DNA of 55,979 bases, counting the filler, from Jimgerdemannia flammicorona (taxonomy: Eukaryota), in assembly GCA_003990765.1 (NCBI GenBank). It is 3 parts of 3 records of this genome, joined end to end, with 100 filler letters (N's around TTAATTAATTAA, not from the genome) between each part and the next. Parts side by side here need not be neighbours in the genome. Positions count along the whole stretch, not along the records: positions 1 to 18,597 come from RBNJ01002167.1; 2 more parts are not named here. The stretch is one strand, 5' to 3'. The notes under the pieces are model-generated. The model ran no database searches. It saw only the letters and a list, made by a program, of their open reading frames with translations, and was not told the DNA's origin. Below are positions 1 through 12,200 of this stretch, one piece after another. The position numbers and the translations under genes are program-made. Numbering within the stretch: the first letter of the stretch is position 1; each line of letters opens with the position of its first letter.

Positions 1-184
1 ACACAATCCCTTGCAAGCAATCTAAGAGATAACAAGACAGTTAAAGATAAGAAGTTTGAGGACTATAAGACCTTGAGAAGGCACTCCAATAAGAACTTGC
101 TTATAACAAACTTGAGTTAGTCTAAGAGATACACCTTGAAGAGAATCTGGTGTATTTGAAGGACTCAGCGACCACTACATAACA
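1..184 (+). repeat. 3' end (R/U5) of a family-A Gypsy LTR, truncated by the window start and inserted in the family-E element
   Basis: Reverse complement of 7236-7420 and 14473-14660; ends ...ACCACTACATAACA. Confidence 0.9.
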
Positions 185-704
185 ATATAGTCACTTCACC
201 TAAACAGAAGTACAGCCATTAAACACCCTTTTCCCAACTATGATAAGGATGGTTACTAATTTCTAAGGTAGCAAGTCAATAATCAAAAACTGTATTTCTA
301 AGTAATAAGATATTATAATTATGAAAAATATCCAGACTACTAAGACTGTCTATATCAGAAGATTCATCTTAACTAAGATATTACTATATATATATTGAAG
401 AAAAGAGATAACAGAACTCAGATCCAGAGAAATCAGATCAGAAAACCAAAAAAGAAAGCTCTTAAGATCTATAATCTAGAAAATAACATCCTAATTCTCA
501 TTAGATATAAAATCTATTAAGAATGGATAAAAGATATTATCAACTTTATAGAAGTTCTAGATCTTTTAGGAAAAAGAGAAATCAATTACCTTCAGAATTC
601 CTCTATTAAAGCCAGGTAGCCACATCTGAACCTTAGAGTCTAAGAGCTCATCTCCACTAGAGCCTCAGCTCAAGAATACTCCAAACTTAGCAAAGATATT
701 TTCT

Positions 705-1105
705 AGTATATCTTGCTACTTCTCAAGACCAAACTCTCAACAAAAGCTTACCAGAAAGATATAGGATACAATGTTTACAGCCTTGAATATATCTATTAAA
801 TCTGAAAGAATAAGGATACTTAGTATAGGACTAGTTATGTAGTTATCCAAAGGAACTTATATACATCTAACTAATAGTCTGGACTTACTAGATAAGAAAT
901 AACTATAGAAGGAGAAATAATATGTAGACCCCTGATATATAGGAAAAATTAAGGTTATTCTGAACAATAGTAGTATAAAATAAAACTAAATCTATAAAAA
1001 GTAAAAGATTGCACAAGTAATCTTCATAAAGATCAAGACTTCTCAACTACAAGAAGTCCTCAAACTGACTTATAGTACAAGACAAACTGAAGAATTCAGA
1101 AGCTC
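705..1105 (+). pseudogene. dut: Retrotransposon dUTPase remnant (family E, upstream of RT)
   Basis: KAYQKDIGYNVYS, ITIEG..I.D..YIGKIKVILNN, IAQVIF, R...F(G)S pattern, broken by stops and frameshifts. Confidence 0.7.
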
Positions 1106-1675
1106 AGATAAGAAAGAAGTATACCTCCTCTAGGTCAACTACTTCAAGAAGAATACTCCTCAATAAGTATGCTACTAATCAGTTAAGCTATATAAAATCT
1201 CATTCTAAAATCAGAAGAACAGACTATCTTCAAAATCTTTACATCACTCAATTCTAAAAACCTCTTCTTTAAATTCAATAAGAATATCTAGAATCTAGAT
1301 ATAAAGGATATATGTTTTCTGATAAGATGAACCAAGGCCAAGATAGTCTCATTCTATTAAAAGGAATTATTATAGGCCATCTAGTGACCTATCTCAATCA
1401 GATATATAGAGAAGTTTATAAACTAAATCTATCAAAAAACAGCAAAAGATCTCAAAAGAAAGAAAAGATCTTTTTATTACTCAGGAGAAAGTAAAGTCTT
1501 CCACTAATATTAAAGAAGAATTAATATCTCAGCAATAGTAGTAATTAGTAAAACTTCTTCATAAATAGCAGAATATCTTTACTATAGACTATGGTAATAT
1601 GCTATATAACCCATCATACTATCATAGTATAAATATAGAAAATACAATATCTATCTAACAGAAACCATATAAAAT

Positions 1676-2000
1676 TTAAGAAAGAGAGATAGATAAGTTT
1701 AGAGGAGCATTTGGTGAGATAGGAAGAGTTATTGAGAGATGTTATATCTGGCTGATGGATGGAGTGGGGCCTCCAGAGTAATTGTTTCCACTACTTAGTA
1801 GAGGGGATTTGTGAGTAGAGTGGAGAGAGAATAATGATAGTTAATAGTCTGGTAGCCTTTAATTATAAAGGAGTAGGGGGTGGTCCTCTGAGGGGGATTG
1901 GTTAGGGTTGAGATTACTATATTATATTAAGGGCTAGATAGGTTTGGTAATAAATATCAAAGTCTAAGTAACTATAAAAATAAAAAAATAAAAATAAAAA
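1676..2000 (+). mobile_element. 5'-truncated LINE 3' end with A-rich tail, inserted in the family-E RT
   Basis: G/T-rich; ends GGTAATAAATATCAAAGTCTAAGTAACTAT+An, matching the LINE end at 37262-37291; splits the QKPY/RI region before RT. Confidence 0.7.
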
Positions 2001-3409
2001 TACCTTATAGAATATCCTATTTCCTAAAGATATTTAAGAAAAAACACATTTAGAAACTCTTAGACAATAGAGTTAACTGACCCTCCACCAGTCTCTAAGC
2101 CAGTTCTATACTTATTATATCTAAGAAAGGAGGATAGAGACTCTGTATAGACTACAGAAAGCTCAACTCAGTAATAGAAAAAGATATTTACTCTTTGTCC
2201 AGAATTAATGATCTCCTAGACCAATTACAGGATATCAGATATTTCAGTAGTATATATCTTTTCACAAGATTCCATAAGTTCTCTATGGACCTTAAAGATA
2301 TTTAAAAAACAGTTTTTCTTATCCTAAGAAAACTGTTTGAATATCTCTGAATATTCTTAAACTCCAATATATCTCCAATCTTCCAGAGAATGATGAACTC
2401 AGTCTATGGTCCACTAATCTACTAATGTCTGATTATATATATGAACAACTTTAATATCTATTCAGTAAATTTCAAAGAATACCTATAATATCTAGAAGAA
2501 TTCTTCTAGCTTATCTATAAGAATCATCTGAGACTCAATACCTAAGAAATGCTACTTTGGAAAATAAAAACTTGAATTTCTTAGATTTATAGTTTCTAAA
2601 GAAGGAATCTATACAGACTCAAAAAAAAATCAAAAAGATCAATAACTGATCAATACCTAAGACCCAGAAAGAAACCCTATTATTCCTGATATTAGTATCC
2701 TACTATAGAAGAGCTATTAAGAACTTTGCCCAAATCACTACCCCAATTTGAACTCTTCTCAAGAAAGAAGTACTATATAAATAGATAGAACTGTAAGAAC
2801 TAGCCATCAGAGAACTCAAGTATTATATGACCACAGTATCAATTCTTATATAATCTAATCTGCTGAAGTCATTTATTTTATATATATACAAATATCTCCA
2901 AAGATAACCTTAGAGCAGTTCTAACTCAAAAAGGATCTGCTTAGTAGAACTATATAATAGGTTATATAAGTTAAGCTATCAATCAGCAGCAAGCTAATTA
3001 TAGCAGCACTAAACTAGAATACCTTATAGTCATATGAACAGTTACCCTGTTCAAACACTATCTTATCAGAAAAAAATTCACTCTAATAATTGACTTACTA
3101 TCCTCAAATAGCTATTCAATTATAAGAAATCTACTGGAATTCTTATCTGCTGGATTCTTATTCTATAGAATTATAAAATCACTATTATCTACAAAGTAGA
3201 AAAGGCTCACAACAATATTGATATACTTTCCCACTAGCTCTAATAAACTAGAAGAAGGATATATTAAGGAACTATACTCTAAAGGAAGCTCCTATAACTA
3301 TCAAAGTACAAAAAGATCTCATCTGATAAGAATACCAGAAAGCTTACCAAGGACAAGCAATCACTGGCCCCACCTCAGAACATGAGTCTGAGATATACTC
3401 AAGAAATAC

Positions 3410-4594
3410 CAGCCCCTTTCTCCACTATCTTACCGGTCACAAGGTTTGGTAGGCGACCTTCTGAGTCCCCTTTCCCCTAATATTACCCCTCTACCTCACG
3501 TTGGTTTACTGTGCCTGCAGGGGCATAGTGGGAGGAGGGCAATGGTGATGAGTTGTCCCTTTATTAGTATCAGATCAGTGCTTCCTCCACTTTTTCGCAG
3601 ATTCTGGTGCCTTCAGCTGTATCTGGGGTGTACCCATTTTGGTGTAGTGCCTTCTTCCTTTTGCCATCACCAATAAGGAGTTGTCTCGGTGTATCTCAGG
3701 CTATGTAGGGAGTTGGCCGACCTTGGGCATCAAGTGCTCAGTGTAGGTTATCTGCAGGTCCTCGGTGCCTGTGGTGGGGCCCTCTGGCTTTGGCGAGCTT
3801 CCTGGCAAGTACGGTTCTGGCATAGGTGACTGTTTTTTGGGTGATGTCGGGATGGGAGGGGAGATGGCCATCACAGATAGGAGGAAGGGTGATTACGGTG
3901 AACCAGTAGAGTGCCAGGCTGGGGGCAGTCGTTGGGGCTAGGGCAGATGCTGCTTCAGTGGGGCCTTTTGATTGGTGCGATGCAGTTAGGTGGTAGGTAT
4001 CACTCTCGGCTTCTTTTGGCGATTTGTGGGGTTGGGCCCTGGTTATCAGGGGGGGTTGGGGGGCCTGAGGCTACCCATTTCAGGCATCTTGGCTATACTC
4101 AACTGGAATCGGGAACTGACATAGCAATGTGATTGAGGCCTGCAGGCTTGAGTAGTGGGGTATTGGGGGTCTCCTCCCACCTCATGTATAAGTTCTCTAC
4201 TCACCTCGACTGGGAGAACCAGGCCCTACCCACTGTATTGTGCTTTGATGAGGGTTTTTTCTTTGCCTGTCATTCTCTTTGGGGTGACAGGGGCTATTCT
4301 ATTCGGCTCGAGCATGGCCTTGTACATATGTTGGGTTCTCGGGCATGCACTTTCAGTCGTTGGCATATGGCTGGATTTCCCCTGGTGGTAGGGAGAGCAT
4401 GGTGTGCAGAATGAGGTGCAGGCTACTTTGCCTTGCTGCACCTGATATGGTTAAGCTGTTGGACAATAGCTAGCCTAGGTTAATGGAGGGGCAGTGCTTG
4501 ATGGGTGGTGGGGGAGGGTTTTGGCCTATATAGTCTAGGTTTCCTTCTAATAAAAATCCATGAGACATAGAGTCCATTAAACAAAAAAAAAAAT
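3410..4594 (+). mobile_element. ~1.2-kb non-autonomous poly(A) retroposon, copy 1
   Basis: AATAAA plus A-tail; 17-bp TSD ATATACTCAAGAAATAC at 3393-3409 and 4595-4611; homologous to three other copies. Confidence 0.9.
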
Positions 4595-5164
4595 ATATAC
4601 TCAAGAAATACAATATCTACTAAAAGTACTAAGAAAAGAAGAACTATTAAGTATCACTACAACTAATTATATCATTAGTCCATATTTTCAAAAATAAAGA
4701 GTAGATATTATTAAATCTCTGTTAGTTATACTAAGAAGAAATAAATATATTTTAGTATTTATAAAACATCTGACCAAATTACCTAAAGCTTTTTCAATAG
4801 AAATTACTAATATATTGACCATTGTTGGTCTCCTCCAAGCCTCATACTTAGATATAGATCCTCAGAAGAACTTATTTCTGACCAAAACACAGAATTTATC
4901 AATTATATAATTATAAGTTATATCTGAATTTACAAGATTCACCTCAAATAAACAATATCATACTAGTCTCAAACCAATGATATGACAGAATAAATGAATC
5001 AAACCATTAAGAAAGAACTTGCCTAAGTCAATTCTATCAATGAGAACTTCTGCTTATCTGAAATCCTATGGGAAATTCAGAACATCTCTACTATCTTTAC
5101 TAAATAAAAGCTATTTGAGATGATGTTTACCAAGAAGGTCAGAACTACTAACTATGAGAACCTT

Positions 5165-5205
5165 TTTTTTTTATTTTTATTTAATAGACTTATGTCCTGT
5201 AGATA
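5165..5205 (-). mobile_element. Very short 5'-truncated copy (3' hairpin plus poly(A)) of the 1.2-kb retroposon
   Basis: Reverse complement reads ATCTACAGGACATAAGTCTATT+An; flanked by degenerate duplication TAACTATGAGAACCTT / TAATTATAAGAACCTT. Confidence 0.7.
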
Positions 5206-5515
5206 TAATTATAAGAACCTTGGAGATCTCTTCAAAAAGGCAGAACAATTGGATAATCAAGCCTGAACTTAGATAATTAGACTCAGAAAAGACAAAAGAA
5301 GTACTATAATTATAAGTAAAATAATCAGAAGATTAAGATTGGAGATCAAGTATACCAGTTTGAAGAAGTATAATCAAAACAAACTTTGAGCCCAAATGAA
5401 AAGTATCTTATCTTGTACACAATATCAAAGAAACCAATATCTATTTAAGAAGTATGAATAGATATACTCTAAGAACTTTAGTTTATACTAATTACCTTAA
5501 GATATATCTACCACT

Positions 5516-6717
5516 CACCCCTTTCTCCACTACCTTACCAGTCACAAGGTTTGGTAGGCAATCTTCCAAGTCCCCTTTCCCCTATTATTACCCCCTCTAC
5601 CTTGGGTTAGTTTGCTGTGCCTGTATGGACATAGTGGAAGGAGGGCAATGGTGATAAGTTGCCCCTTTATCAGTGTCCAATCAGTGTCTTTTCCAATTTT
5701 TCGTAGTTTCTGGTACCTTCAGCTGTATCTGGAGTACATCCATTTTGGTGTGGCACCTTCTTCCTTTTGCCATCACCAACAAGGTGCTGCCTCAGTGCAT
5801 CATGAGTTACATAGAGAGTCAGTTGACCTTGAGCATCAAGTACTCAGTGTAGGTTATCTGTAGGTCCTTGGTACCTGTGGTGGGGCCCTCTGGCTTTGGC
5901 AAGCTTCCCAGCAAGTGCAGTTCTGGTGTAGGTGACTGTTTTTTGGATGTTGTTGGGATGAGAGGAGAGATGGCCATCACAGATAGGAGGATGAGTGATA
6001 ACAGTGAACCAGTGGGGTACTAGGCTGGGGGCAGTCATTGGGGCTAGGGTGGACAATATTTTGGTGGGGCCTTTCAATTGGCTAGTAGAGGGTGGGGTAG
6101 TGCAGGGGCCAGCATCCTGGCTGTACCCAACTGGAACCAGGAGCTGATGTGGCAATGTGATCGAGACCCACAGGCTTGGGGAGTGGGGCCTTCCTCATTT
6201 GGCAGTACCCGACTAGAACCAGGAGCTGATATGGTAATGTAATTGAGGCCCACAGGCTCAGAGAGTGGGAGTGGGGTCTTTTCAGGCCCTAGCCCATATG
6301 TAAGTCCTTTGAGGAAGGTGCTGCATATAGGTCCTTTACTCACCCACTTTGAATCCACTTTGCTCTCTGTTGGTTAGTTGGGGGGTTTTTTCTTTGCCTT
6401 GGGCTTTCTTTTGGGGTTCAGGGGGCTATTCTTTATTCAGTTCTGGTGCTGCTAGATCTGACACATAGGTGTGCTCTTATGTGTAAATGATGATCTAGCC
6501 CTAGTGAGCAGACAAGTCTAGTCTATGTTATTGGAGTCGATATAGCTGGTGTTCAACAGGCATAGCTGGAGTAGTGGGACTGCTGGATAATTTAGTAGCC
6601 TAGGTTAATGGGGGGATATTGTTCAGTGGGTGGTGGGGGAGAGTTTTGGCCTATATAGTCTAGGTTCCCTTTCAATAAAAATCTGCAGGACTATAAGTCT
6701 GTTAAAAAAAAAAAAAA
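5516..6717 (+). mobile_element. ~1.2-kb non-autonomous poly(A) retroposon, copy 2 (variant middle)
   Basis: TSD AAGATATATCTA(C/T)CACT at 5499-5515 and 6718-6734; same 5' and 3' ends as copy 1. Confidence 0.9.
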
Positions 6718-7654
6718 AAGATATATCTATCACTTATAAAATAAACCAGAGAATTGACCAGTATCTCTAGACCCTTATTCTCAGCTTCTTCTAAGCTCTA
6801 TCAGTTTTCTTATCTCAGTTTCAAGAAACTAATGAGACCCATCTTCAATATATTTAGATATATAAAAGAAACCTTACCTTAATAGAATACTTATTATAAA
6901 TTCACTAACTACAGATCTCTAATATATAATTAGCCAATTACTGTAAAACCTTTCAGCCCTAGAACAGATCTGCATTTATAATACTACTGGTCTATCTTGA
7001 AATAATACCATTGCTGTAAACAAACTCTATATAATCTATAGATAAAATATTACAATACTGACTTAGGCTCAGTTTGCTCTAAATAACTTCTAGAAAATAA
7101 CTATCTCACCTATCTGAGTATTATCAATTATCTTGAAGTTCAGTTCTCTGAAAAAGAAAAAGAGCCACTAGAATAAAGTGATTCAGATATAGAAGAAGAT
7201 AATAGTATAGGTATAGATGCTAAAAATATCCATAGTATCATATAGTGGTCACTGAGTCCTTCAAATATGCTAGATTCTCTTCAAGGTATATCTCTTAGAC
7301 TAACTCAAGTTTGTTATAAGCAAGTTCTTATTGGAGTGCCTTCTCAAGGTCTTATAGTCCTCAAACTTCTTATCTTTAACTGTCTTGTTATCTTTTAGAT
7401 TACTTGTAAGAGATTGTATATAAGTGAACCAGAACTGACTTTATTTCAGAGAAAATAAGAGGGGTATTTATACAAAATATAATTCAATGATTGCTAAGAT
7501 ATAAAGCTAAATATAAATTCTAATAACTAAAATAAAATGCCAGGATAGGAAAAACTGCTAAGTTCCAGAGTTGGCACTGATAGTTGTACAGGTTCAGGAT
7601 ACTGGTATAATTTCAGTAGTACAGGAAAATAGTGCTGAAATAATTCAGTGTTAC

Positions 7655-7792
7655 ATCAGAATACTAGTGCTGGCATTATTTAGTATTATATCAGAATGCT
7701 GGTGCTGACATTATTCAGTATTACATCAGAATACTGGTGCTGGTATTATTCAGTATTACATCAGAATGCTGGTGCTGGTATTATTCAGTATA
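7655..7792. repeat. Four 35-bp tandem repeats in family-A U3 (also at 14891-15028)
   Basis: Unit about ATCAGAATGCTGGTGCTGGTATTATTCAGTATTAC, between the LTR ORF stop and the TATA element (minus-strand GTATAAATACCCC at 7461-7473). Confidence 0.9.
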
Positions 7793-7802
7793 ACCAAGAG
7801 AC

Positions 7803-8618
7803 TTAGAGCAGAATGTTCAGGACCATGGGGGCTTCATTCTCATCATTACTGAAGGAGATGAGATCCGCAAATTCATTGTCATTGTGTAGGTCACATGTTT
7901 TGTATACTTTGATATCATATGGGATAATATCAATGCTGATAATGTCATCATGTTCAGTGGTGGCAGGAAGGAGGTCTGGGGCTCTCCAGTCTATGAGATT
8001 CTCTTCTATGAAATAGGAGACAAATGTGGGGTCTTGGAGAGGTCTAACCTGGATGCTTGGGCCTTAGAATACTGAGATCAATCCTTGCAGGAATTGGTCT
8101 GGGCTGTCCTGGAGGATGGGATGCCAGAAGTCTTCTACTTCATCACTATTGAGGGTAATAGTAGACTGAGCTTCTGTAGCTATCCTGGTTTCTAGTATAT
8201 TGATATGGTGGGATAACAGGTCTCTGAAATCTGAGACTCTAATATACTCCAAGTTAGAGATTGACCATAGTACATGCCTGAAGATCTGATGGATCTTCTT
8301 AGCTGTCCTTGCTTCACATATGTCCATAGGAGTGGCATCTTGTAACTCTTAGGAGCTGGTCTGTAGGAACTTCTGGTAGAGGAGATTTCCTATTTTATAC
8401 TTCTACTATATTTGAAGGCATTCAGTAGCAATGGTGATCCTTGTTTCCATTTCATGGCAGTAGAGGATATAATAATAGGAGTCACCAGTACTCAGGTTGA
8501 TACCAGGAGTCCTTCTTGAGTGGGTCCTCATGGCTCTTCTGATGTCTTGAAATATCCTTTCTTTGACTGAGATGTCTTAGTAGTTCCTTGACCTTGAGGT
8601 TTGGCAAGCAGTAGGTAT
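7803..8618 (-). pseudogene. Family-A LTR-encoded accessory ORF, 3' LTR copy (~270 codons, internal stops)
   Basis: Colinear with 15039-15838; MDICEARTAKKIHQIFRHVLWSISNLEYIRVSDFRDL. Confidence 0.75.
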
Positions 8619-9239
8619 TTTGTTTATGGTAAGTCTTTGAGCTATTTTGGGATTGGTGGGTCTTGTTGGTTGCTGCTACTGTAGTTCCTTAATCCTTCTT
8701 TTATGTTCCTCAAGATACTCATACTGTGGTCACAATGACTCACAGTTGGTCATCATTGCTCATCTTATATACCATATGATCTTCTTGTGCTCCAATCTAG
8801 TGGCTTGTAAGGAAAGGCTGTCTCCTGTACTAATGTCATCATTCTGGGGTCACCATTACATCTTTCTCCTAAAAAAAGATCTTCTCAAGTATCCTTATTC
8901 ATTGGTCCAGTCCTGAAAAATTAGCTGATACTATAACCTCTAGCAAGGGGTCAAAAAGTGGTATTTATGGGCTGACATCTTCTCTTTGTATTTTGGTATG
9001 ATGGTGAAGGGTTGCTCTCTTTATATAGAGCAAGGATCTGATTCTGATCTTGACCAATCAGTTGATAGTTCAAACTCCTCTGGCTTTGAAAGTCTCATGG
9101 ATGAGTAGTTGCTAGTGCTATATCTCTTAGAGAATAGTCCAGACAGATAGCCTGCTGGTCATGGGACATGCTGTTATAATTCACAGACTAGAACCTTACA
9201 GGTAGTTATTATATTTTGCTTCTCTTATATAGATTCATG

Positions 9240-12200
9240 ATACTTCTTGGGTCTGTTCCTATGTACTATGGTAGGCAGTATGGTCTCTGAGATTTTTCTA
9301 AGCCAGAAGATAGTTCTCTTGATATCTTGTATATAGAAGAGTTCTTCCTATTTGGGCTCCAGTTTTTGTGACCATGAGACTTCTACTATATTTTGATACA
9401 GTAGGATCTTTTCTCCAATTTAGATGGGTTCTAGGGTCTTGTGATTCTTTTCTACATTCTTCCTTATCAGTGCTTGTAACTTGATGATGTAATCTTCAGC
9501 CTTCTTTCTGATTTGGTGTAGTTTCCAGATTTCTGCATCAACCCATCTCTAAGTTAGATCTAGATTTGTGGCTGAGGTTTTATCAGAATCTTCTTCTCTA
9601 AAGAGCAGTTCCCTTGGAGTAAAGTGTGTGCTCTGTGACCATATGTCTTATAGGACAGAGAGGGCAGTTGGGAGATAATTATCTCAATTCTCATATGTCT
9701 CTGAGATTTTCGCCAGAATGTTCTTGAGGGTCTTGTTGGTTCTCTCTGTCTGTCCATTTCCTTGAGGGTGATATGCAGTGGTCTTGATGTGCTAGATCTT
9801 GTATTTCTGATACATTATCTCATGGAATCCATTGACAAACTCTGTGCCATGGTCTGTTGTGATTTGTTTTAGTGTCTTGTAGTAGTAGATGATTTCTCAA
9901 TGCAGGAAGTCAGCTATAGAGAGGGCATTGACTTCTTGTAATGCTCCTGCTTCTATCCATTTGGTAAAAAGATCTACAATAACTATAATATAGCAGTTTT
10001 CTGATAGTGTTACTGGTAGTGGCCCAATGATATCTATTGCAATGTGGTAGAAGAGAATAGGCTCAATTCTTGATGACCCAGGTACCAAGTCTTACTGATC
10101 TTGTTTCTGTTTTTGACACTTGTCATACTCTTTGACAAATTGGCACAGGTCTTCTTCCATCTTGGACCACCACATAGTTCTTCTTGCCTTGTTATATATG
10201 TTGATTCCTCCTAGGTATCCTTGCTCATGTACTTCCTTCATTACTTGATACTTCTTGTATTCAGGTATTACTAGCTTTCCTCCTTTTCTGAGTGTAGTGT
10301 TGTCTAGTTCAAACTATTTCCAAGTCTGGTTGATGATGGTGGTTGTCCAGGGTTCAAGGTGGTTGGACATCTTCCACTGCCCAAGATAGCTGATTAATCC
10401 ATAGTATAACTCCTTATTCATGTTGAGTAATCTTGATGGGGGTGTTTCAGAGTGTCCTTGAGAGTGCATCAGTATTGGTATTAGTTCTTCTTGAGCAGTG
10501 CTTGACAGTACAGTCATACTCTTGCAGCCTGTAGATCTATCTAGTATATATTCCTTTGGGGTTCAGAGTGTGGAATAGCCAGACAAGAGCAGAATGGTCT
10601 GTTTGAATGGTGAAGTGTTTCCCAGCTAGGTAGTGAAACTTATCTACTGCCCAAACTACTGCTAAACATTTGAGCTTATATGACTCATAGTTCTGTTCTG
10701 CTTCATAGGTACCTTGGCTTGCATAGGAGATGATATATTCATGTCTATCTTTCTTCTGAGCTAGAACTGCTCCAAGTCCTATAGTACTCGCATCTGTCTG
10801 CAGGATGAATTCTAGATTCCAATCTGGTCTTCTGAGGATAGGTGCTTAGATCAACCTGGTCTTGAGTTCATTGAAGGTTTCTTGGCATTCCTTGGTCCAT
10901 TCAACTTGGTCTCCTTCTTCAGTAGCTCATAGATAGGTGCTGCAATGTTGGAGTATCCTTTGATGAATCTTCTGTAGTAGCTGGCCAGTCCAAGGAAGGC
11001 ATGGACTTCTGTGGTCATTCTGGGTCTCGGGTAGACTGCAATAGCCTCAATCTTCATGGGGTCTGTGTAGATTCCAGTCTGATTGATGAGGTGTCCTAGA
11101 TAGGTGATTTCTTGAGCTACAAACTTGTACTTCTGGGGCTTGATGTAAAGGTCATGCTCCTTGAGCTTCTTGAGAGCTAGCTGTATGTGATTGATATATT
11201 TCTATATAGTATTGCTGAAGATAATCATATTATCAATATAGACAAAGAGCTATTTTCCAATCTCATTGCTGAAGACTCTGTTCATCATTTGCTGGAAACT
11301 TGCTGGAGCATTACACATTCCAAATGGCATTCACAGGTAGATATAAGTGACATCAGGTGTAATGAAGGCTGATTTCTCATTGGTATCTTGAGTGAGACCA
11401 ATCTGATGGAAGCCTGAGAACAGATCCAAGATGGTATAGTATTTGGCTTTGCTTCCAAGAGTGGTAAGGATTTCTTGAATATTTGGCAAGAGCTGCCTAT
11501 CCTTCTTAGTGATGGCATTGAGCTTCCTGTAGTCAATGCAGAGTCTTAGTGCAAACTCTCCAGGCTTGCTTTCTTTCTTTGGGGCAAGGACAATGGGTGA
11601 AGCCCAGGAACTGATAGCTTGCTTGATAATTTCAGCTTCTTCTATTTTCTTGAGTTCTGCTCAGAGTCATTCTCTATAGGTAGGTGGTATAGGTCTGACT
11701 TTCTGGTAGATGGGCTTGGTATCACCAGTGTCAACTTCATGATAGTACTTGGATTCTTGATTGTAGATATCCCTGAAGTCTGTAACAAGTGCTCCTTCAT
11801 TCTGGTGCAGGACCTTGAGAAGTTGTTCTTCCAGGGGAAAGTTTTCTCTAATAGTATATGTGTGCTTGTTCTGGTCCTTGTCTTTCTTGTACTCAAGTTT
11901 GGTGATCTTGGTGATGGTATAGACTCCTCTTCCAGTAAATCCAAAACCTTGTTCTCCTCTCTTGGTCTTGATGAGTTCAATGTCTTCAGCAATCTTGGAT
12001 TTCTTGATTTCATAGATCAGCATCTGGCCAATCCTGTCATACTTCTTGACTTTGAATGGGGTAGTGGGGTTGTGATTCCTAACTATGAGGAAGATCTCAC
12101 CAGTGTAATCAGAGTCAATTACTCCTCCTTCAACTGAGATTTCACTTTTGGCTAGACTGCTTCTGATCTTGATAATTCCAGTATGGTTCTCTGGCAGCTT

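Larger units (their letters stand above)
185..7235 (+). mobile_element. Family-E Ty3/Gypsy internal region, heavily degenerate: dUTPase (~705-1105), RT (~1540-2750), RNase H (~2880-3240), integrase (~4620-5450), accessory ORF remnant (~6740-7230); resumes at 16085
   Basis: Stop-riddled motifs: RLCIDYRKLN, KDIYSLSRINDLLDQL, GAVLTQ-like RNase H, KHYL..KKFTL, GPY/F-like FEPK*K; interrupted by several insertions with target-site duplications (TSDs). Confidence 0.85.
7236..8860 (-). repeat. Family-A 3' LTR (1625 bp)
   Basis: Starts TGTAATGG directly after the PPT on the minus strand; colinear with 14473-16080. Confidence 0.93.

Noticed and set aside
3446..4441. Recurring short ORFs in the 1.2-kb retroposon
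   Set aside because: They recur only because the DNA is repeated; starts, stops and frames differ between copies and no domain motif is evident
7655..7792. 35-bp repeats as a CRISPR array
   Set aside because: Head-to-tail tandem units with no unique spacers, inside a eukaryotic LTR, and no cas genes
11619..12137. 172-aa hydrophobic plus-strand ORF and similar ones (12357-12677, 19452-19850, 27689-28063)
   Set aside because: Antisense shadows of A-rich pol or accessory coding frames
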